DNA from: Eledone cirrhosa
Taxonomy: Eukaryota
NCBI GenBank assembly: GCA_964016885.1
Contig: OZ024746.1
Location: 31,992,001-32,056,000 of the forward strand
Direction: 5' to 3'
DNA length: 64,000 nt
The notes beneath the pieces are model-generated. The model made no database searches. It worked only from the letters and a program-made list of their open reading frames with translations, and was not told where the DNA came from. Position 1 is the stretch's first letter; each line of letters opens with the position of its first letter. Made by a program: the position numbers and the translations under genes. Below, in pieces: positions 1 through 14,479 of this stretch.

Positions 1-105
1 TATATATATACATATATATTTATATATATACATATATATTCAGTTCCCGTCCCACCCTTGCAAGCAGGGAAAAAGCGGACGTAAAATGAAATGAAATGAT
101 GATAC

Positions 106-164
<59 letters not shown>

Positions 165-220
165 TATATACATATTTATATATATATATACATATATATA
201 TACATATATATATACATATT

Positions 221-295
<75 letters not shown>

Positions 296-398
296 ACATA
301 TATATGTATACATATATATTTATAAATAAATAGCTTAGAGTTTAGACTCAGAGAGGTCATTTACAATCATTTCAGCTCTAGGAATCGCTTCTGAGCAG

Positions 399-862
399 TA
401 TAAATTAATATTTGATGAACATTTACATGTTATAGTTGCAATTGACTAATAAGATCGCTAGAGTGAAAAATCTTAATTCAACAACATAAGGTCTGCCTGT
501 ACGATCTAGAAAATAATAAATCAATACTCACAGACTCATATGGGCAAAAAGCCTTGGTACCTAGTCACGTTTAAAATTCAAAATACAAACTTTTTCCGCA
601 GATCGGTCAGAACTTCAAACTTCAAACATGTTTCACAATAATTAACTAATTAGCAGTGAGTTAATCAACTTTTTCTGTGTTTATCAATAGGTACCCAGAT
701 ATCAATAGGCTTTTTGCCCATATGAGTCTGTGAGTATTGATTTATTATTTTCTAGATCGTACAGGCAGACCTTATGTTGTTGAATTAAGATTTTTCACTC
801 TAGCGATCTTATTAGTCAATTGCAACTATAACATGTAAATGTTCATCAAATATTAATTTATA
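399..862. repeat. Long inverted repeat, ~156-bp arms (399-554 / 707-862), between (TA)n tracts
   Basis: tataaattaatatttgatgaac...gggcaaaaagcct is matched in reverse complement by aggctttttgccc...gttcatcaaatattaatttata; ~150-bp spacer. Confidence 0.9.
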
Positions 863-1126
863 TATTTATATATATTTATATATATATACATATATATGTA
901 TACATATATATTTATATATATTTACATATATATGTATACATATATATTTATATATATTTATATATATATACATATATATATACATATTTATATATATACA
1001 TATTTATATATATACATATATATATACATATATATATACATATATATATACATATTTATATATATATATATATACATATATATATACATATATATTTATA
1101 TATATTTATATATATATATACATATA

Positions 1127-1590
1127 GGCATCTCTAACAAAATACACCCCCGTCCCACCCCATCCACACCGCCCCCTTCAATGCAAAGTTATGTTGGTGC
1201 CACAACATCCAGGCCGAAACAAACGAGATCGTGTAGGTGTCACGACAAAAAAACACACAGTCCACGCTGTAATGTGACCGTGTAGGCAACACGGTAAAAA
1301 CCTCACAGTCCCACACTGTAAATGTGGTTGGTGTTAGGAAGGGCATCCAGCTGTAGAAAACACGCCAGACAGTCCACGCTGTAATGTGGCCGTGTAGGCA
1401 ACACGGTAAAAACCTCCCAGCCCCACACTGTAAATGTGGTTGGTGTTAGGAAGGGCATCCAGCTGTAGAAAACCCGCCAGACAGTCCTATGCGAGCAAGA
1501 CAACCACTCTTGCCTCAAGTGGGAAAACCCCCGTCCAAACCCATGCAAGCGTGGAACAGGGACGTTAAACGATGATGATGATGATGATGA
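1127..1590 (+). mobile_element. SINE-like repeat with RTE-type 3' tail ending in (GAT)n; internal ~115-bp tandem duplication
   Basis: gttggtgttaggaagggcatccagctgtagaaaa...aacccatgcaagcgtggaacagggacgttaaac(gat)n; inverted copy at 2987-3350; related tails near 40-100, 4300-4428, 26550-26760, 55190-55400. Confidence 0.7.
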
Positions 1591-1971
1591 TACATATATA
1601 TTTATATATATTTATATATATTTATATATATATATATACATATATATACACATATATATTTATATATATTTATATATATATATACATATATATACATATG
1701 TATTTATATATATTTATATATATATATATACATATATATATACATATATATTTATATATATTTATATATATATATATACATATATATATACATATATATT
1801 TATATATATTTATATATATATATACATACATATATATATACATAATTAATACAATAACAGAGATAGTTTAAAGCTAAACTCTGACTGGTAACCATCTCAC
1901 TCAACAAACATTAGGTTATATTTTAATATAATCCCAATTTAAGTGTTTGGGGTGCTAACAATATGTATTAT

Positions 1972-2024
1972 GTGGAAAAGCCAATTTATATATATATATA
2001 TATATATACATATATATTTATATA

Positions 2025-2072
<48 letters not shown>

Positions 2073-2130
2073 TATATACATATATATTTATATATATTTA
2101 TATATATATACATATATATTTATATATATT

Positions 2131-2162
<32 letters not shown>

Positions 2163-2254
2163 CATAAATATTTATATATATTTATATATATATATATATA
2201 TACATAAATATTTATATATATTTATATATATATACATATATATTTATATATATT

Positions 2255-2286
<32 letters not shown>

Positions 2287-2346
2287 CATAAATATTTATA
2301 TATATTTATATATATATATATATATATATACATAAATATTTATATA

Positions 2347-2418
<72 letters not shown>

Positions 2419-2428
2419 CATAAATATT

Positions 2429-2476
<48 letters not shown>

Positions 2477-2486
2477 CATAAATATT

Positions 2487-2518
<32 letters not shown>

Positions 2519-2586
2519 CATAAATATTTATATATATTTATATATATATATGTATATATATATATACATATATATTTATATATATT

Positions 2587-2618
<32 letters not shown>

Positions 2619-2652
2619 TATACATATATATTTATATATATTTATATATATT

Positions 2653-2684
<32 letters not shown>

Positions 2685-2708
2685 TATACATATATATTTA
2701 TATATATT

Positions 2709-2742
<34 letters not shown>

Positions 2743-2866
2743 TATATACATATATATTTATATATATACATATATATTTATATATATATATATTTATATA
2801 TATATATATATGTATATATATATACATATATATTTATATATATATATATGTATATATATACATATA

Positions 2867-2904
<38 letters not shown>

Positions 2905-2942
2905 TATTTATATATATATATATATACATATATATACATATA

Positions 2943-2987
<45 letters not shown>
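1972..2987. repeat. Degenerate (TA)n microsatellite, representative of many tracts (e.g. 860-1125, 3370-3660, 38010-38400, 39245-39720, 57390-58370, 58990-59480, 60095-60487, 62790-63065)
   Basis: Direct reading; source of all poly-(IY) ORFs. Confidence 0.98.
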
Positions 2988-2989
<2 letters not shown>

Positions 2990-3350
2990 TCATCATCATC
3001 ATCATCAACGTTTAACGTCCGTGTTCCATGCTTGCATGGGTTTGGACGGGGGTATTCCCACTTGAGGCAAGAGGTTGTCTTGCTCGCATAGGACTGTCTG
3101 GCAGGTTTTCTAGAGTTGGATGCCCTTCCTAACACCAACCACATTTACAGTGTGGGTCTGGGAGGTTTTTACCGTGTTGCCTACACGGCCACATTACAGC
3201 GTGGACTGTGTGTTTTTTTGTCGTGACACCTACACGATCTCATTTGTTTCGGCCTGGATGGTGTGGCACCAACATAACTTTACATAGAAGGGGGCGGTGT
3301 GGATGAGGTGGGGGTGGTGGGACGGGGGTCTATTTTGTTAGAGAGGCCTA
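2987..3350 (-). mobile_element. Second copy of the (GAT)n-tailed SINE-like repeat
   Basis: Reverse complement of 1127-1590 without the internal duplication. Confidence 0.7.
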
Positions 3351-3846
3351 CTGACTGTAGTAGGTTTTACTATGTATATATATACATATATATATATACA
3401 TATATATTTATATATACATATATATTTATATATATATATATATATACATATATATTTATATATACATATATATTTATATATATATATTTATATATACATA
3501 TATATATATATTTATATATATATATATATATACATATATATATACATATATATTTATATATATATATACACATATATATATACATATATATTTATATATA
3601 TTTATATATATATATATGTATATATACATATATATTTATATATATATATATATATTTATTTATTCAGGTTTGGGGTTCACCACAGGATAGAGCTGGTCAA
3701 TTCCGTATGGTCAATCGCAATGTAATAATATGGAGAGTACTCAATGTAAAGCAGTTCAACCATCTTTGTTTTTGTAGTTGGTGCTGTTATTACAGAGTTA
3801 AATATTATAATGAAATGACAGGAGGCTGTCATTTCATTTCATTATT

Positions 3847-4028
3847 GGATTGGCAGTATCGGTAGAGGGTCGGACGCCATGCTTTCCAGCATAGTTACGT
3901 CCCTTTACGATCTGAGTTCAAATCCCGCCGAGGTTGACTTTACCTTTCATCCTTACGGGGTCGATAAAATAAAGTACCAGTAATGCACTGGGTAATTGCT
4001 GGCCTTGTGCCTAAAGTAGAAACAATTA
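3847..4028 (+). mobile_element. tRNA-derived SINE with Nin/Deu-like central domain (family A)
   Basis: A-box-like tggcagtatcggtag, B-box gagttcaaatccc, core gccgaggttgactttacctttcatccttacggggtcgataaaataaagtaccag; at least 10 related copies in window. Confidence 0.8.
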
Positions 4029-4440
4029 TATATATATATATATATACATATATATTTATATATATATATACATATGTATGTATATATATATATAGAGTCA
4101 CATGGCTTAGTGGTTAGAGCATTGGCCTTGCAATCGAAAGATTGTGAGTTCAATTCTCAGACTGGGTGATGTGTTGTTTCCTTGAGCAAGACACTTTATT
4201 TCACATTGCTCCAGTTTACTCAGCTGTAGAAATGAGATGATAGGGACTGGGGTCCATATCATTCCACTGTAAAGTGGTCGTGGAGGTGCCACGGCAAAAC
4301 AGCACCCAGCACTCACTGTAAATGAGGTTGGTGTTAGGGAGGGCATCCAGCTGTAGAAATCATGCCAGAATCAGTTCCCGTCACACCCTTGCAAGCAGAG
4401 AAAAGGGGACGTAAAATGATGATGATGATATATATGTTTA

Positions 4441-4482
<42 letters not shown>

Positions 4483-4491
4483 GTATACATA

Positions 4492-4527
<36 letters not shown>

Positions 4528-6464
4528 AGCATATATATATATATATATATATATACATAAGCATATATATCATCATCATCATTTTACGTCCCCTTTTCCC
4601 TGCTTGCACATACACATACATATACACACATATTTAACACCTGAACTCTGTAGCTTGTTTACTCACTATATTTACATGAACAGAATCACCAGACCACACC
4701 TTACACCAACACCACCACCACCACCACCACATCCATCTTACACTACCACCAATACCAACACCAACACTATCACCGCAACACCTTACACTACCACCACCAC
4801 CACCATCACCACAACTTACACCACCACCACCACCACCACCACCATCATAACCTATGACACTTGTCAGCAACACCTTTTACCTAAACCAGACACTTTAAAC
4901 CTAAATAGAATTAATTAAAGCACACCTGAGAAGTTTACACAGGTGCAATGTGGTGGCCTGGTGGTGACTTGGTTGTTATGGAAGTGAAGAATGAGGGTTC
5001 AATTTAACATGGCTGCAATGAGTAAAAATTGTCTTTTCTTCTTTTTTTTTTCAAAACTAGCACAGTTACCACCACCTCTACTATCACCATGACAATCACC
5101 ATAATGTTATCATTACCACATACTATTATCATTACCATGACAACCACCATACTATTCCCATCACCATGGCAGCCACCATACTATCATCATCACCAAGACA
5201 ACCACTATTATTTTGATCACTACCACCACTACTGTCTTAGATGGGGTGAAGGGTGGTAACTGCAAACAAGTGCTCACTTGAATTGAGGATGCCCACATGG
5301 AGAATGGTGAATATGATGGAGGTGGTATTGGTTGTAGTAGTGGTGGTGGTGGTGGTGATGATGATGATGGTGTTGGAGGTGGTGATGATGGCGGTGATGT
5401 TGATGATCATGACGAGTAAAAAGATAGATACAACAAAAACAATAAACAATAAAATACAAACAACAGAATTCCCCAATAGGGGGGCAGAACTACCCAGGGG
5501 CGACTCAGGTACCTCACCAATCCCGAACCACCCGATGCTTCGAGAGCACCCGAGAAGGGCTCCCCTCTCCTCCTCAGATCAACCAGCCTACAGGTGCATG
5601 CTCAGATCATTCCCCCACCTTTTAACACATGTACTAGGGGAGGGGGGCAGCACTTCTCTCTCTATCCTCACATTCCTTTAATAATAATAATAGTAATTTC
5701 AATAATGTCGGCTAATTAGATGAGAAATTCTGTGATGATTAATTCAGAAAACTATTTAAGATTTGCTGAAGTAGTGAAGATAATCCTTGTTGGTATGTCA
5801 CTAATCTCAAGGGTCAGTTCTCCACCACTACCACAACCACCACCACCACCACTTACACTCCCACCACCACTACAACCACACCAACCACCACCACCACAAG
5901 CACCACTACTACTTACACAACCACCACCACCACCACCAACACCAACACCACCTTTGTCAACATTCCACACATTACACAATACCATCAACCAACAACTCTT
6001 CCTGGGAAAAAAAAGTCTCACAATGGCCCCTGCAAGATGATGTACATCCTCCTCCTCCTTATCATCATCATCATCATCATCATCAGTAACAGCAGTAGTA
6101 TTTTAGATCTCCCTTTCAATACTGGCATGGGTTGGACAAACTGGTAGCCATAATTCCCACTTAGATAGGTCAGAGAATCACACATGGTTCATACATTTTA
6201 TATTTTGGTAAAGTTTCTACTGCTGGATGCCCTACAAAATTCCAACTACTTTACAGAGTCTACTAGGTGCATTTTATTGGGGCACCAGGACTAGGATGGT
6301 GATCGTACTTTGGCAAAGTTTCTACAGCTTGATGTCCTTCCAAACACCAACTGCTTTACCAAGTGTACTGACTGCATTTTATTGTGACACCAGCTCTAGG
6401 AAGGGTTTCCTGGACTCAGCACAACTGAAAAAGTCCTCTCTTCCTTAATCCTCATCATCATCAT

Positions 6465-6770
6465 TACCATCATTTTATATCTGCTTTTCCATGCTTCGTC
6501 ATCTTCTCAGTGAGCTTCAGCGATTTGAGATGAGCTCTCACTACGTCTACCCAGGTATTCCTTGGTCTTCCTCTACTGCCACAACCTTCCACTGAGATTT
6601 CCTGGCACATGTTTATCCAACACTCATCATCCATAAGAATCACATGTCCATCCCAACACAGTCTTCTCTCTTACACACTACATCTGATTCCTCTTATACC
6701 CAGCTTTCCTCTCAGCTCATCCGTGCATCGTAATTCAGGTACATTAACACTACACATCCATATAACCATA
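6465..6770 (-). mobile_element. Decayed 3' end of an RTE-clade LINE
   Basis: Minus strand encodes RGRPRNTW, typical of RTE ORF2 C-termini, followed by a (GAT)n-like tail. Confidence 0.55.
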
Positions 6771-7132
6771 TGTATATATTATGTGTGGTTTCGTAACTCC
6801 CGGGGGTGTTGTAGGGGCGTATTGATATACAACGTTTCTAAGGCATTTTTAAAACCTAAGTGGACTCACTCCTCTCCAGGTCTGAATACAGTAGATTTTT
6901 TTCCAGAGAAGGATAGTGAGAGAGGCCCCTTAATTGAGTCCTGAAGGAAGTAATTCATCGCAAAAAAAAAGTTTTGGCAGGAAGGTGGGCCCTCCTAGCC
7001 AACGGGGCCCTATGCTTAAGCACACCTAAGCACAATGGTAAATCCAGCACTGGTAGGGTGTGATTTTAGGGGAAATTATTACTATATTTAGCAGATCCAG
7101 TGACCATGAAGGGGACCACCTTGCAAGAAATA

Positions 7133-7425
7133 ATAATTGTTTCTACTTTAGGCACAAGGCCAGCAAATACCCAGTACATTACTGGTACTTTATTTTATCG
7201 GCCCCGTAAGGATAAAAGGCAAAGTCAACCTCGGCGGGATTTGAACTCAGATCATAAAGGGACGTAACTATGCTGGAAAGCATGGCGTCCGACCCTCTAG
7301 CGATACTGCCAATCCACCGCCTTGCAAGAAATAATAATAATAATTGTTTCTACTTTAGGCACAAGACCAGCAATTATCCCAGTGTATTACTGGTACTTTA
7401 TTTTATCGACCCCGTAAGGATGAAA
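7133..7425 (-). mobile_element. Family A SINE (7133-7320) plus partial copy (7340-7425)
   Basis: Reverse complement of 3847-4028. Confidence 0.8.
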
Positions 7426-7779
7426 GATATATATATATATATATATATCACAGACGAACACCATATTTGAGGAAATATAGGATATCCCTAAATAGATGCG
7501 AAGGTCATGACTGGAAAGGTTTGATCGCTGATCTGATTCGATTAAGGTTCACACGGTATTAAAACAACAACAACAACCTGGGTATCTCCCTTCACCACCG
7601 CCGCCGCCGCCATCACCATATACAGGTAGATGTGTAAAATACCTTCAGCGACACCCTCCCCCATCCACAGCCCCCATCTAAGGTATGTTGTTACAACTCC
7701 CAAGAATGTAATCTAAAGCATGTAGGGTGATGAGTTCACATTGGCTACATACTCTCTGCATGATCGACAACTGTATTAA

Positions 7780-7864
<85 letters not shown>

Positions 7865-8000
7865 GGTGTGTGTGCGGGTGTGTGTGCGGGTGTGTGTGCG
7901 GGTGTGTGTGTGTGTATGAGTTTATATACAAATATATTTGTATATTTATATGTATGCATATACGTACATGTATGAATGTAAAGTGCATGTATGTATATAC

Positions 8001-8035
<35 letters not shown>

Positions 8036-8155
8036 GGTGTGCGGGTGTGTGTGCGGGTGTGTGTGTGTGTATGAGTTTATATACAAATATATTTGTATAT
8101 TTATATGTATGCATATACGTACATGTATGAATGTAAAGTGCATGTATGTATATAC

Positions 8156-8241
<86 letters not shown>

Positions 8242-8599
8242 ATATATTTCCATATCTCACCAACAGGTGTAACCCATATCAAATGCAGTCGAGGCTCCAG
8301 TCCCTGTCTTTTATACTTTCCGCTAGGCAACAGATCACGCGAGTCACTCCCACATACACCCAACCCACACACGCACACTCATGTGTACATACATACATAC
8401 ATACTTACATACATACACACATAATATATATGTATTTACATTTATTTATGATATACGCATACATATATAATATATGTATATATATGTGTGTGTGTGTGTG
8501 TGTGTAAGTATATTATTTTACAGTAGCGTTAATCAAATTTCGGTCTATTTAAAGACATGCTTGATGGCCTGATCGATGTGTGTATTTATGTACACACAC

Positions 8600-8697
<98 letters not shown>

Positions 8698-9109
8698 ACG
8701 TCTGTGTGTGTGGTATGTATGAAGAATATATTCATATATGACTAGCAACACAGTAATATTTCCTATATAATTATAAAATACACTATATACTCTACTTTGG
8801 TATTGAACATGTTTCCTCGTGATAGCATATTCAAACACACGCACACACGCACGTTTGGTAAGAAACTCTTAGGAAAGCTGGACACCAGGTCTTCAGAGAA
8901 GGAGCCCCAAACGCGGAAAATAAATGTAATCACTGTCGATTACTATAAATAATAGCTTAGAAAATCGGGTAAAATACCCCTATTGAGGAAGGGGTAAAGA
9001 AAGGCAGATCTGGTTGTATGGGAAAGTAGAGTAAAGGACTATAATTGCCATAAATGAGAGGAAAATAAGGGAAAGATTTAGGACTATTAGGCCACGAAAG
9101 AAAGGGGAG

Positions 9110-9860
9110 AGGGTGATGCGCTCTATGCTTAGGGTGGGGCGGTGTTTCGGCTGCGCTCTGCGGACAACACTGCAAAGGCATTTCCGCGGACAATGGTCAG
9201 CAACATCTGCTGCAACAGCCACCCCACCTCGCAGGGCTCCTTCCTCAGACTGGCTGCTGACATCCCGATTTTACAGAGGAGCTTGGCAGTACGGAGTCCG
9301 AGGACGCCTGACCTCTCGACAGCGACCGGTGCGAAGAGGAAGCGGTCGGACAAGCCTCAGTATTTGCTTGTCTTCTTGTCCTCTGTATTGCAGGCCGCAG
9401 TACCGGCGTTTGCGACCGAAGCTACTAAGCTGGAGGTGGAGAATGTCACAGCATGTGGCGTCCCAGATGAGGGATTCAACACCTTCTAATGGGAAGGGGT
9501 AATTCCGCCGGGGCACTTACCGTCTCCGCGGTCGAGGCCTGCTGGCTCCAGTTGTGATGGGAAGCCAGCTGCGTCCAAGCTCCTTTTCAATGTGTCATTG
9601 AGAGCGGTATGTCGGGGGAACCGACCTACGATCTGGCGGCATGATAGTGGGTGAAACCCAACTTGTCAACGACAGCCCCGCGAAGGTATTTGTGTGGTTT
9701 ACACACGCGGAGGCCGAGGCGTTGGGCCACTCCGGTGCGAGTGCACTAGTCATCAAGAAGGATACCGGTTGATGAGGAGGGCACCGAATTGAGTCACACA
9801 CCGCTGTTAGGCTGCGAAGCGGATCGGAGGCAAGCGAGGCGGCCACGCTGTGTATCACGA
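9110..9860 (-). pseudogene. Frameshifted 3' part of a CRE-like non-LTR retrotransposon ORF: zinc knuckle plus restriction-like endonuclease
   Basis: Manual minus-strand translation across frameshifts gives VAQRLGLRVCKPH, RHTALNDTLKRSLDAAGFPSQLEPAGLDRGDGK, LIWDATCCD, AGTAA..EDKKTSKY, FAPVAVERSGVLG, TIVRGNA; GC-rich island. Confidence 0.75.
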
Positions 9861-10433
9861 TTTATGTTTCCTCTGTAAACGAAACTTCATTGTAACGAAA
9901 TACAATATTGTAACAATTTAACAGTCAAAATCACGTTTAAAACACCCATTATTTGTGGCTTTTCCACCCCTGGTATTTCTCGCTAAAATTTGAATCTCCT
10001 TATATGGAACCATTGCTTTTATAAATTATCATTTAATGTATGTATTATACTATGCTTATTATCACACAAGAGTAAAACAATGTCATTAGATACTGAACTA
10101 AAAGTCACACAGATATATACTCTTTTACTCTTTTACCTGTTTCAGCCATCCGGCTGAGGCCATGCTGGGGCACCGCCCTTACATATCACTATTATTTAAT
10201 TATATAAATATTTCACATGAAAATATAGAATCAAAATGATAGAAAATATTAAGTCAACACTTAGTGTGTCAATCAGTCATACACCACAAGGGATACCGGA
10301 GTCTCCCTCTAATATATTTTGAGGCAAGCCAGCACAGTGGAAGCGTGATACTGCAGGTGATATCGCGGCTAGGGCCCTGGAACAACCAAGGACCCTTGAT
10401 AAATATATATATATATATTTATATTTATATATA

Positions 10434-10547
10434 TATGCTACCATAGCTTCTTGGCTGGGGGCGTACGTATTTATTGTATGTATGTACGGAAGTATATAAG
10501 TTTCGTTACACACAGCTATGGACATACAAAGCCTTGAACACATGAAT

Positions 10548-10578
<31 letters not shown>

Positions 10579-10634
10579 CACTTCCGTACATACATAGAAT
10601 AAATACGTACGCCCCCAACCAAGAAGCTATGGTA

Positions 10635-10640
<6 letters not shown>
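10434..10640. repeat. Inverted repeat with ~62-bp arms, flanked by (TA)n
   Basis: tatgctaccatagcttcttggctgggggcgtacgt...cggaagt versus acttccg...acgtacgcccccaaccaagaagctatggtagcata. Confidence 0.85.
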
Positions 10641-10674
<34 letters not shown>

Positions 10675-11109
10675 ATACATATATACATACATACGTATAC
10701 ACATACACACACATCTATGCATCTATGCATACATACATATGTTAATGTAGTTTTCCAAGCAGGTTTATTATAAAAGAAATTCTCTTCTAAGTAGAAAACC
10801 AATCATGAAAAATGTGAGATAGAATAAATATACAATAAATAGATATTTATGGATGATAGAAAAAACATTACTTGAGTACAATGACTAAATTGTAAGTTGT
10901 TTCACATGGCTGAATGGAATAAACCGAGCGTAAAACGATAAGAGCGCCTTTGAAAGAGATGCTAGAATATATTTCTGCTATATAACAAAATCTTAAGGAA
11001 CAGACTAATTTACGACGAATTCCTTTATTTACCTGTTAGTTTGTATTTTATTAAAAGCTAAAGTAAAACTCTCAAAGTGAGCACTTGGATATTTTGCACC
11101 TTTGGCTGG

Positions 11110-11680
11110 AGTGCACCCTTCTCCGAGTTATGTGCCCTAGATTATCCCTACATTATGTATACCTTCTTCTGCCAGTTATGTATCCTAGACTATCTCTACA
11201 ATATGTGTACCTCCTTCTCCCAGTTATATACCCTAGACTAACCCTACAATGTGCCCCTCCTCCCAGTTATGTGCCTAGATTATCTCTACAATATGTGTAC
11301 CTCCTTCTCCCAGTTATGTGCCCTAGATTATCCCTACATTATGTATCCTAGACTATCTCTACAATATGTGTACCTCCTTCTCCCAGTTATATACCCTAGA
11401 CTAAACATACAATGTGCCCCTCCTCCCAGTTATGTGCCTAGATTATCTCTACAATGTGTGTTTTCTTCTCCCAGTAATATGCCCTTACCATCCCTGCAAT
11501 GTGTGCCTCCTTATCCCAGTTATACACACTAAATTAGCCCTTCTGTGTGCCTCCTCCCAGTTATGTGCCCTAGACAAGTCCTGCAATATGTACCCCTTTC
11601 TTCCAGTTATGTACCTTAGACTATCCCTCCAATATGTATCCCCTTCTCCTAAACTAGCCATACAGTGTGCGTTCCCTTCT
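11110..11680. repeat. Degenerate minisatellite, ~45-48-bp unit
   Basis: Recurrent ctcccagttatgtgccctagattatctctacaatatgtgta. Confidence 0.9.
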
Positions 11681-12434
11681 TCCAAATAGAATAACGTCAA
11701 CTTAGTTTAGCTAGCTGACAAACTTAGTTTTTGACAGTTCTTGCTCTGACCACACTAAGAAAATTACTTAGTCAGCATTTTCCAGTATATCTACCATACC
11801 CACCCTCTCCAAATTGTGTGACATGTCATAAAACAACACGACCTTTTCACCGCTTTGTATATTTCCACAATGCTGCTTCGCGGCAAATATATTTAGCGAT
11901 TTATTTATTATAGGCAGGAAATTATTATATATTTAAGTTAATTATACAAATGTATATAAAACTGTGATCTTTTAAGTTCCAGTAATGGACCTCTCTAATG
12001 TCCTCGCCCTATGTAGATCCCTAATTGGCCTTAATAGTAACACGAGCCATGGAAATTAGAAACGTTTCGCTATAAAATAACGCACAAAACTTGTTTGTCG
12101 GCCATCTTAGCGCTGGGAAGCCATCTTGACAGACAAGTAAGAAGCGTGTTTAAAAGACGTAAAAACGTAAAAATATGTAACAAAAGTTTCAAGTGTTGAA
12201 CTGAGCTACTGAAGCAAGTTGAATTCTTTTCTTCTCTCCAGTCATTCTGTCTGTTAGATGGCACTTTTTATAACTTAACTCACTTACGAAGTACGGCTAT
12301 ACAATAACATCCGGTTGAGAAATAAGCCATCTAGTGTTAGCTACACAAATAAAAACTGATATTCATCTATTTATGTCTTGGGAGCAGTTTTATTATATGT
12401 TTATATATCTGTATAGACACGTTTTTATTATATA

Positions 12435-13018
12435 CTAGCAGTGGTACCCGGCGTTGCACGGGATAAGGTATTTTGGAACGCGGGCCGCCAATAGACCTAA
12501 TCGTGGAAAAACTGCATGCCTGGACAATATGTAAAGAAAATAAACCGAATAGTCTGATGGCTGGATAATCTTTAAGATTTTCCTCGATGAAGCAGGAAAA
12601 ATGCAGGTTTTCACCTAATGCAGGCTCTGGGGGATCAAGAAAATGAATTATTTTTATGTGCATAATATGCCTTGAAATTTCGGGAAAATCGGCTAGACGT
12701 AACGCCTCTAAAAAGCCCTAAAAAGCTGAAAAAATGAAGTTTTTCACCTAATGCGGGCCCTAGGCCATAAGAAAGTTGGATTTTCTTTGCTTACGGTATG
12801 AAGAAGAGACTGACTAATACATAGTTACAATTTCAAGGAAATCGGTCTGACGTAACGCCTCAAAAAACCTCTAAAAATGTTTAAAAACGCAGTTTTTCAC
12901 CTAGGAGATAAAAAAAAAAGTTGAATTTTTTTATGTGTATACCACTCCCTGAAACATAAGTAATACACATGTAAAGTTTGAAAAAAATCGGTTGGGTACT
13001 TCTCGAGTTTTAGGGATT

Positions 13019-13069
<51 letters not shown>

Positions 13070-13343
13070 CCTCAGGGAAGTGACGTAATGCAGACAGTCA
13101 GACAGATATTATAAGGGCGCGACGTTATATGTATGTATCTATCTAAAAGAGAAAGACTAAGCATTATAGAGAAAGATTGCTAAATCGCCTAATGCGGTCC
13201 CTAGGGCACTGAAAATTTGAAATTTTTTTTTGCTCAGAACACTGCCTGAAACATAAGTTTGAAAACAGTCGGTTGGGTGGTTCTCGAGTTTTAGGGATTC
13301 GAACTCACACACACACAGACATCCTCAGTTTTATATATATAGA
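12435..13343 (-). mobile_element. Non-autonomous Helitron
   Basis: Minus strand: 5' TCTATATATATAAAA, internal (TG)n, 3' hairpin cccgtgcaacgccggg then CTAG, inserted between A and T with no TSD; ends shared with 40576-41573. Confidence 0.85.
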
Positions 13344-13354
13344 TGTAGGGGCAG

Positions 13355-13903
13355 TGGATTGGGAGAATCGATAGAGTGTCGGACAATAATGATTTGCGAC
13401 ATATAGTTATGGCCCTTTACGCCTTTCATCCAAAACTATTGGCCTTGTTCCTAACTCAGAAACTATTGTATGTCTGTGTAAGGGTGGTGGGTTGGCAGTA
13501 CCGGTAGAGCGTCGGACAACATGCTTTGAGACATATAGTTACGACCCTTTACGTTCTGAGTTCAAATCCCGCCGAGGTTAGCTTTGCCTTTCATCCTTAT
13601 GGAAGTTGATAATATAAAGTACCAATAACTGACTGGGGTCGATTTAAAGACCCCCCCCCCCCCCCCAAAAAAAAATTGCTGGCCTTGTTCCTTAATAAGA
13701 AACCATTATATGTCTATGTGGATTGGCAGTATCGGTAGAGGGTCGGATGCCATGCTTTGAAGCATAGAGTTACCTCCCTGTATGATCTGAGTTCAAATCC
13801 CGCCGAGGTTAACTTTGCCTTTCATCCTTACGGGGTCGATAAAATAAAGTACCAGTAATGCACTGGGATAATTGCTGGCCTTGTGCCAAAAGTAGAAACA
13901 ATT
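13355..13903 (+). mobile_element. Three tandem family A SINE copies
   Basis: Heads near 13355, 13487 and 13719, each followed by core and ggccttgt...agaaac tail. Confidence 0.75.
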
Positions 13904-14004
13904 ATATGTCTATGTATGTATTAATAAATTCATCTATATATACATATGCATGTAAATATATACCTAGCATGAATGTATGAGTGAGTATATATTATATATA
14001 TGTA

Positions 14005-14260
14005 AAGTCAAGAGATCGATTCCTGGCGGGGCGTTGTGCCTTTGAACAAGACACTCTATTTAACTATGTTCCAGTTCATTTAGCTAGGATAAAATGAGTT
14101 TTACTTGTGGTTCAAGGGGAATGCCATGTCACACGCTGTGTCACTCTCAATTTACTTGAGAATGATGGTAACGATACACGTGTCTGTGGAATACTCAGCC
14201 ACATTCACGTTAATTTCACAAGTAAGCTATTCCGTCGGTTTAACAACCGGATCACTCTTA
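14005..14260 (+). mobile_element. tRNA-derived SINE family B; other copies near 23270-23510 (+) and 47700-47990 (-)
   Basis: ttgaacaagacact...ccagttca...ctgtgtcactctcaat...gtgtctgtggaatactcagccac...gttaatttcac shared among copies. Confidence 0.65.
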
Positions 14261-14266
14261 GTATGA

Positions 14267-14302
<36 letters not shown>

Positions 14303-14436
14303 CTTTCTTTCTCTCTCTCTCTCATTAAATATATGACTCTCTTTTTAAATATGTGACTCTCCAATATAAATATGTGACTCTCTAATATAAATATGTAACC
14401 CTCTTTCTAAGTATGACTCTATCTATATAGGGAGAC

Positions 14437-14479
<43 letters not shown>

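Noticed and set aside
3847-3930. tRNA gene
   Set aside because: Pol III boxes belong to a multicopy SINE head; no cloverleaf
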